From the IMG/VR virus record IMGVR_UViG_3300047564_005433, positions 1 through 64,000 of that record: a stretch of DNA of 64,000 nt. One strand, 5' to 3'. Source of the DNA: a virus. Positions within the stretch are counted from its first letter, which is position 1. Every line of letters starts with the position of its first letter. Made by a program: the position numbers and the translations under genes. Shown here piece by piece: positions 58,135-64,000 of this stretch. The notes under the pieces were generated by a model. That model had not been told where the DNA came from, made no database searches, and was given only the letters and a program-made list of their open reading frames with translations.

Positions 58135-59328
58135 TTACTTAGCCTCCTTAGAGATGGAAAGGGGCTTCTTCCAAGCATTCTGCAGCATGTCCATGTAGGA
58201 CGAAGGAGCAGAAACGGGAGAAGCAATGGAAGCTACGGCTTTGCGCAGCTCATCAGTGGTAACAGAATCTTTGCGACCCTCAGAGAGAGTGTCAAACATT
58301 GCTTGCACGTAGTCGTCGCTCTTCTCAGAAAGATCAAGCTCATCACCACGCACTGCCTTGATGGAGTCAACCATCACTTCGCGAGCAGTTTTGCCAGCGA
58401 AAGCATAAGCTGCATCGAGCACAGGCTTGGCTTTTTCAATGAGAGCAACGCGCTCTTCCACCATGGAATCAAGATTGATTTCCTTGGCAGCAGCGAGTTC
58501 AGCGGAAAGCTCTTCCACTTGCTCAGCCAGAGCATCAGCGCGACCCTCAGCGGAATCACACTTGCCCTTCATTTCTTTTTCCATGGCGTCCATTTCTTCC
58601 TTCATTTTGGAAGCTTCGGACATCATGCCGTCATACTTTTTCTTCATGTCCTCGTAGGACATTTTGGCGTCTTCCCGTTCTTTGGTAATCGCCAGAGCTA
58701 CGCTCTCGCTCACCTCGAACTCGGCGCCATCAAAATTGACCTTAGCAGTCATAGATGGATCCTCATTATTGGGGATTAAAGATGGATCAGCGGCATCTTG
58801 GCGATCAAGATGAAGCTTCACTTGCGGGCCAGCGCGGCCACGACGAACAACAGCGATGTGATTACCAAGGATTTCCTTTTGGATGCCATCGTAATGTTCA
58901 CCGCCATCAGTAACGCCAGGCGTAGGATCATAATTAACCCTATAGCCAGCGCTTACCTCACGAGCATCGCCACGCATGATGCGCTCAATGGTGTCTTGAT
59001 CAGTGATTGTCATCACAGCCTTGACAAAACCATTGTCGTACACCACTTCAGTGCCGCTAAATCCTACTTGGTAGTCTTTAGTATTTTCGGCATCAAGAAG
59101 GACGGGGGGATGCTCAGAAGTGATTGCCTTGCCCGCAAAGGAAGCAAGACTATCGGGAGAAGCCACTTCTGTTTCAGGCCTGTATTCGCGACGCACGGAG
59201 CCATCAGCATCTGTGTAGAGCTGAATACCAGTGCGAGCAATCGAGGCCCAAGCCCGAAGATAGCCTTCAGGCGTCACCTCATATTTCTCAATGGGAGAGA
59301 AATCGTAGCGACAAGATGTGGTGCTCAT
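58135..59328 (-). CDS. DUF2213 prohead protease/scaffold
   Basis: TPEGYL, ARTGIQLY, ITSEHP, EVSAGY, NHIAVV..GRAG; coiled-coil C-terminus. Confidence 0.88.
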   Translation of the reverse strand: MSTTSCRYDFSPIEKYEVTPEGYLRAWASIARTGIQLYTDADGSVRREYRPETEVASPDSLASFAGKAITSEHPPVLLDAENTKDYQVGFSGTEVVYDNGFVKAVMTITDQDTIERIMRGDAREVSAGYRVNYDPTPGVTDGGEHYDGIQKEILGNHIAVVRRGRAGPQVKLHLDRQDAADPSLIPNNEDPSMTAKVNFDGAEFEVSESVALAITKEREDAKMSYEDMKKKYDGMMSEASKMKEEMDAMEKEMKGKCDSAEGRADALAEQVEELSAELAAAKEINLDSMVEERVALIEKAKPVLDAAYAFAGKTAREVMVDSIKAVRGDELDLSEKSDDYVQAMFDTLSEGRKDSVTTDELRKAVASIASPVSAPSSYMDMLQNAWKKPLSISKEAK

Positions 59329-59390
59329 ATAATCACTTTACCAATAATTATAGTTTACAATTGAAACGGCTATTCAGGACTGAATAAAAA

Positions 59391-59675
59391 ATGTGGCTGC
59401 TTAAGAAAAGCGACGTGGATGTGCTTAAGATGCCTCATCAGCAGGCTCGTCTTCTCATTGCTTCTCGCATTAAAGAAGCCCGCCTTAATAGCGGGCTTTC
59501 TCAAAAGGACGTAGCTCAAGCTTTACATACAAGCCAAAGCTCTTATTCACGAATGGAACGCGCTGAACTGGCTCCAGATTGCGTGCAAATTCGCACTCTC
59601 AGTGGTCTCTATGGAATAAGCGTATTGTGGCTGATGGGCTACCCCTCGTTTATTCTCAACACGCGAAGAGATTAA
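59391..59675 (+). CDS. XRE-family HTH regulator
   Basis: RIKEARLNSGLSQKDVAQALHTSQSSYSRME. Confidence 0.85.
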   Translation: MWLLKKSDVDVLKMPHQQARLLIASRIKEARLNSGLSQKDVAQALHTSQSSYSRMERAELAPDCVQIRTLSGLYGISVLWLMGYPSFILNTRRD

Positions 59676-59983
59676 TCCTCGTCGCCGTCATCATCACGAA
59701 GGTCGCGAAGTTGATCTTCAATGCCCTCCATAATGTATGACTTTGCCATTGCCTCAATTTCAAACGTAAGAAACTTAGTCGGATCAAAATGAGGGTCGGG
59801 CTTTTCGTAGACGCTCATCACATAGATGTGCGTCTCGTCTAGCCGGCCATTCTTGAAGCATTGCTTCTCCACTAGTTCCCATCGCGAAGTATTGCGGTGT
59901 TCGTTAGCAGAAAGAATGGCTAAAGCCTGCATCACGCCAATACCTTCATCTTCTTGCTCGATGACGCGCACGTATTCGCTCAT
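59672..59983 (-). CDS. Hypothetical protein
   Basis: 103-aa acidic ORF. Confidence 0.6.
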   Translation of the reverse strand: MSEYVRVIEQEDEGIGVMQALAILSANEHRNTSRWELVEKQCFKNGRLDETHIYVMSVYEKPDPHFDPTKFLTFEIEAMAKSYIMEGIEDQLRDLRDDDGDED

Positions 59984-60333
59984 TGGCTTGTATTACGACT
60001 TTCTACCATCTTAATGATGCGTTTAGCCCATGCCCTCCCGGCATCTCCTCCCCATAGCAACCAAGCAATATATCCAGCGTCGTTTTCCCCGCCGCTTTTA
60101 TTCTTCTCATGACGAGAAAAGAATGCAGACATACGTTTGATTGTGGCATAGCTGATCTTGCTGCCACCAGCCAAATCACCAGCTCTAGCAACGCCACTGC
60201 CAATGCTCTGTTTACCAGCTTCCTGCGTTGTTAAGCCGCCTTTGCCATGCTTCTTGCGCAGTTCTAGTCCTCGACGGGCAGCACTTCGCACAGCAGCAGG
60301 AGGGGAGAAACTCTCAGCGTCTCCCCTCAGCGC
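59980..60333 (-). CDS. Head-module protein, probably translated as a -1 frameshift extension of the upstream ORF
   Basis: RMSAFFSRH..IAWLLWGGDAG; frame is open back to A AAA AAG. Confidence 0.65.
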   Translation of the reverse strand, partial: ALRGDAESFSPPAAVRSAARRGLELRKKHGKGGLTTQEAGKQSIGSGVARAGDLAGGSKISYATIKRMSAFFSRHEKNKSGGENDAGYIAWLLWGGDAGRAWAKRIIKMVESRNTSQ

Positions 60334-60584
60334 TTTTTTCCGCAGCTCCCATCCATTTCCTCTTCTTCCTCTTCCTCTTCGCCAATCATCTCCTTAAAGA
60401 ATCCCATGTAGTATTCATCGCTCATGTCTTCTTTCGGTTTGCGCGTCATGCCAGCTTCAGACAAGGCAATTGCTAGTGCCTGCTTCGGGCTCTTCACCGC
60501 CTCGCCACTGCTGCTCTTTAGCTTGCCACTTTTGTATTCGCGCATCACCTTGGCAATTTTTACCTGCTTTTCCTTCTTGGTCAT
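60327..60584 (-). CDS. DUF6496-like protein
   Basis: KVMREYKSGKLKSSSG..SPKQALAIALSEA. Confidence 0.75.
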   Translation of the reverse strand: MTKKEKQVKIAKVMREYKSGKLKSSSGEAVKSPKQALAIALSEAGMTRKPKEDMSDEYYMGFFKEMIGEEEEEEEEMDGSCGKKR

Positions 60585-60611
60585 AACGCTAAATGCTTTC
60601 CTTAAGCATAA

Positions 60612-61328
60612 TCAATGGATGAATCCTATAGGAGCAGTGGCAATGTTCATGCCAGGGAAAAGCTTGTCGCGATACAAAACCATGCCAGTAATGAGACGTT
60701 CGGCAATGAAGGCCAACGCTCGCTTGTCATAGCCTCCAATGCGAAGAAACTGCTCTTCGTGCTTATGCCAAATGGGAGCAAGCGCGACAAACAATGCGCT
60801 CATGAATTGTTTGTATTGCACGTTGGCTCCCCTGGCCATATTGCAGCCAATAAAGCTATTTTGCTTCCAAATGGCATCAATTTCTTCACGAGAGAAAATC
60901 CAACTCCCAGAATCGGCAAGCTCTCTAGTTATTGCAGGAGCATCAAAGGCAGAATGTCCACCATAAAACTGCTGCTCCAGCGTGCAATTGAACAGTGCAG
61001 GCTCGGGAAAATACAACGTATTTTCGTCATACCATTGATCATTTGGCTCTAACCAATTACGCCTGTATTGCGCATTGCCAATGTTTTTCTCATTCGCATT
61101 GAGAATCATCCAAGAAATACAAGACAGCTCTCCCCAGCGACTATTAAGCCGCGAAAGGGAAGCATTCTCATCATCGAACACATAGCCCTGTAAACGAAGC
61201 GCTTCACGCTCTTCGCTTGACAAAACATGCGCCCCTCCCATGATGGGAACAATGGAAGAGCGAGCTTCGTAGCGCACTTTCTCGCCTGGAATGCAAACGG
61301 CATAAATAGTGCAATCAGACGGTTGCAT
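60612..61328 (-). CDS. DUF4422-like glycosylation protein
   Basis: NSRWGELS, GNAQYRR, CNM, RALAFIAERL. Confidence 0.7.
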   Translation of the reverse strand: MQPSDCTIYAVCIPGEKVRYEARSSIVPIMGGAHVLSSEEREALRLQGYVFDDENASLSRLNSRWGELSCISWMILNANEKNIGNAQYRRNWLEPNDQWYDENTLYFPEPALFNCTLEQQFYGGHSAFDAPAITRELADSGSWIFSREEIDAIWKQNSFIGCNMARGANVQYKQFMSALFVALAPIWHKHEEQFLRIGGYDKRALAFIAERLITGMVLYRDKLFPGMNIATAPIGFIH

Positions 61329-62031
61329 ACACTTTCCTCGCAGACCAAAGCTCGTTGTAATTATTCACGCCTTTAGCGCCAAGACCAGTCAAGTCGCCAC
61401 CTCCTGCAGGCTTGCTCCAGGCCATGATCGTACCATCAGGCAGCACAAAAGCTCTATTCTTCTGGTCGTATGTTGGCGTTAGCTCAAGATAATCTCCATA
61501 GACGAAATTGGCTTGACTTCCGTTGAAAGCAAGCGCCTTGCCCAGTAACGTAGGACCAGTAGGGCACAATGGCGTGATTCCATAGTATTGATTTTGGCAA
61601 TTGGCCACAATCATTTCAATGGCCATTTGCAGCGCTGCATTGTTTGGCTTTGAATAGAGAACGGTGGTAGCGCATGCCCAACTGGTATAGCTGAACCGTT
61701 GAATGTCACGAAAAGCCAAGAATTCAATGCGATCCCCAAGGTCCACTGCGTTGAAAGCTCTCACGCCAATATCGAAATACCAGCCGCCAAGTTTGTTTAA
61801 CAAGCAAAACCGCCCAAGATCTGCTTTGTAAGAAAATGGCACCAGGCAATCATATGCCCACGCCACTTCTTCCCCATAGTTCTCCGCAATAAAAGCACGC
61901 AGTGAAGCGTCGCTGTAAATGACATGCTCCGCACTGGGGAAGCACGCATCAATGGTGCCAGTGGCGTGCTTAAGAAATGGACTCAGCTCTTCCGCTGGAT
62001 CAGTGGAAAGAAAGATTTGTGAAATTTGCAT
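61315..62031 (-). CDS. GT32-like (DXD) glycosyltransferase
   Basis: KADLGRFCLLNKLGGWYFDI; TGPTLL. Confidence 0.8.
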   Translation of the reverse strand: MQISQIFLSTDPAEELSPFLKHATGTIDACFPSAEHVIYSDASLRAFIAENYGEEVAWAYDCLVPFSYKADLGRFCLLNKLGGWYFDIGVRAFNAVDLGDRIEFLAFRDIQRFSYTSWACATTVLYSKPNNAALQMAIEMIVANCQNQYYGITPLCPTGPTLLGKALAFNGSQANFVYGDYLELTPTYDQKNRAFVLPDGTIMAWSKPAGGGDLTGLGAKGVNNYNELWSARKVYATV

Positions 62032-62036
62032 GGTGA

Positions 62037-63260
62037 TCAAACAATTTTGGCGGGAGTACCAAAGCCCTTAAATTCGGGCTCTGCAGGCTTGGTGGCGAGT
62101 GTTTCACTCACTGCATCTTTAAGCTGCTGTTGAATGTAGGGCCAAGTAAAAGGCTCTTCATGCAGACGGTTATAGCACCATTGCCCATGCTTCTTCAAAA
62201 TGTCGCGATTCTCATAGTAATAAGTGAGAATATTGGCGGCACACTCAGGGTCTGGCAACAATCGCTCAAGTCCATAGTTCCTATCAGTCTCACTGGCGTT
62301 GCATTCAATGCGAGGCATCTCATCAAAAATTTCAGCCAAGCTCGTATGATCAGGAACCACTTGCGCCACGCCAGTGGCACCATGTTCCGAGTTGACCAAG
62401 CCCCACCCTTCGCCAATGCAAGTGTTAATGCCAATATCAGCAGCGTTATACACTTGATTGAGCTGTTCAATGGGGAGGCAATTGTCCACTGAATAATGCG
62501 GGCTTGTCAAGATAAGCTTGCCAGTGGCATCAAACCCTTCGTCACGCGCAACGCGCTTAAATAATGGAACCAACTCCCATCCCAAATCCTTGCTGCCCAT
62601 ATTGAGCCATAGCCGAGCATCGTCTTTGTCCTTGGCAAATTTGATGAATGCTTTAATGGTCAAGTCGATGCGCTTACGCGGCTGATTTCTATTGCCATTG
62701 AACACGACAAACACATCTTCTGGTACGCCAAGTTTCTTGCGGCATTCCTGCTTGTCGAGCGGGAAGAACTTCGTGAAATCAGTGCCATGGCCAATGATAC
62801 GCACGGGCTTTGTATAGCCCATCAGTTCAAGCTCTTTCTTGGCAAATTCTGTGTAAGTGGCAAGGCCGTCCCACTCCATCATGGGCTTGGCCAGATCTGG
62901 GAACAAACCGTAGGAGTCAATGGGTGTGTAGACGAACCATTTGAAACCGAGCTGCTCCTTGAGGGGCTTCGCCTTTTCCCATAGTTGCAATGCAATCCAA
63001 ATATCGTTTGTCACCCACACAAGATCGGGCTTAAAAGCTTGAATAACTCCAGTGATGCGATGGGAACCGAATGGGTCGGAGCCATGAAGCATGGCTGGAT
63101 AAACCGTATAGTTCTTTGCTTCTGGATGTGGGTCTCCATGAAAGTTGACCGCCAAAACCGCCACTTCATGCTCTTCTGCCAGTGCGGGCAGCAAATATTG
63201 AGCCACTCTCCCAAAACCAGTTTCTACAAAAGCATCGCCACAGTACAGAATACGAGCCAT
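62037..63260 (-). CDS. GT4-like (GT-B) glycosyltransferase
   Basis: TGFGRV, NRNQPRKRID, YNAADI..GEGWGLVNSE. Confidence 0.88.
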   Translation of the reverse strand: MARILYCGDAFVETGFGRVAQYLLPALAEEHEVAVLAVNFHGDPHPEAKNYTVYPAMLHGSDPFGSHRITGVIQAFKPDLVWVTNDIWIALQLWEKAKPLKEQLGFKWFVYTPIDSYGLFPDLAKPMMEWDGLATYTEFAKKELELMGYTKPVRIIGHGTDFTKFFPLDKQECRKKLGVPEDVFVVFNGNRNQPRKRIDLTIKAFIKFAKDKDDARLWLNMGSKDLGWELVPLFKRVARDEGFDATGKLILTSPHYSVDNCLPIEQLNQVYNAADIGINTCIGEGWGLVNSEHGATGVAQVVPDHTSLAEIFDEMPRIECNASETDRNYGLERLLPDPECAANILTYYYENRDILKKHGQWCYNRLHEEPFTWPYIQQQLKDAVSETLATKPAEPEFKGFGTPAKIV

Positions 63261-63321
63261 GATCTCCTCTAAATCTTCGTCATCTTAAGGGCCTTTTATA
63301 CTGACGGCAAAAGGAGGCTAG

Positions 63322-64000
63322 ATGATTCTTCCAGAAGGCTCAATCCGCTTTTGCATTAGTACGTGCAAGAAGTTTGCTCCGCACACAATTCCCGTCATTA
63401 TTCCTAGCTTGCTTGCTGCTGGACTAAAGCCAGAGGAGATTTTGATTGTCAATGGTGGGCAAACCGTCAGGGCTTTCACCAGCTACAAAGACGTGCCAAT
63501 GCTGCTGACGCAGCAAAATTCCTTTGAATACACGCCGCTCATTGAAATTGTTGAGCATTCGATGGAGAGTCCATATTGGTTCCTCCTGCACGACACTTGC
63601 ATTGCAGGCCCCACTTTCAGACAGCTCGCTTACGAACCTCCAGTGAAAGCGCCAGAAAAGGTGGCAATGAAACACACGCCCTCCATGAGCATCGGTCTTT
63701 ACCGCCACGACTACCTCATGGCCCACAAGGAGCGCTTGGTGGCCATTAAGAACACAGACAGCTCACCAGATGCGCTGCAGCAATGGAAGCAATGGGGCGT
63801 ACCGAACGAAGACTATATGCTCTGGAAACTCCAGGACGTGCCTTGCCATATTTACCACCCCGATAAGCATGGTCCTGATGAATGGAATTATCAAGGGCAT
63901 GCCGATCCATATGGCACTGGCATGCAGCGTCGCATTGAATATTTCCCTCAACTGCACCTTGCTAAAGCCAAAAGCAATTGGCAGGGCGTTCAACCCCACC
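63322..64000 (+). CDS. Putative GT-A glycosyltransferase, truncated by the window edge
   Basis: AGGAGG RBS; MILPEGSIRFCISTC..IVNGG..YWFLLHDTC; open to the end of the window. Confidence 0.55.
   Translation, partial: MILPEGSIRFCISTCKKFAPHTIPVIIPSLLAAGLKPEEILIVNGGQTVRAFTSYKDVPMLLTQQNSFEYTPLIEIVEHSMESPYWFLLHDTCIAGPTFRQLAYEPPVKAPEKVAMKHTPSMSIGLYRHDYLMAHKERLVAIKNTDSSPDALQQWKQWGVPNEDYMLWKLQDVPCHIYHPDKHGPDEWNYQGHADPYGTGMQRRIEYFPQLHLAKAKSNWQGVQPH

Noticed and set aside
1-64000. tRNA genes and photosynthesis AMGs (psbA, hli)
   Set aside because: No cloverleaf/T-loop signatures or such ORFs were recognised by eye

Overview
About 64 kb of a tailed dsDNA phage with a non-contractile (siphovirus-type) tail, most likely infecting picocyanobacteria (Synechococcus/Cyanobium-like). 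The host is inferred from the cyanophage-type RNR, ThyX and cyanobacterial regulator boxes. Layout: RNR beta/alpha (229-2471); a structured non-coding block and an endonuclease VII; a motif-dense island around a GP88-family gene (3780-6010); many small leftward early genes with repeated promoter modules (6.0-17.2 kb); primase-helicase and a rightward recombination/nucleotide-metabolism operon (Sak-like, exonuclease, SSB-like, dcd, thyX, HNHs; 18-29 kb); lysis genes; a tyrosine recombinase next to tail fibres; tail and head modules (33-60 kb); and a glycosyltransferase cluster. No terminase large subunit, portal, DNA polymerase, tRNA or CRISPR array was recognised. Best candidate for a new system: a short symmetric site TAG(T)-N7-(A)CTA. 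It overlaps the stop codon of four consecutive small genes (12050-13047), recurs at module junctions and at the stop of the tail-fibre gene (33955-35705), and lies beside a stand-alone tyrosine recombinase, which suggests an integron/shufflon-like cassette-exchange system. Also notable: clustered host transcription-factor boxes (NtcA, RpaB/HLR1, DnaA, LexA), two distant loci sharing a hairpin motif, and two -1 frameshift signals. All protein calls come from motif recognition by eye; no database search was run.
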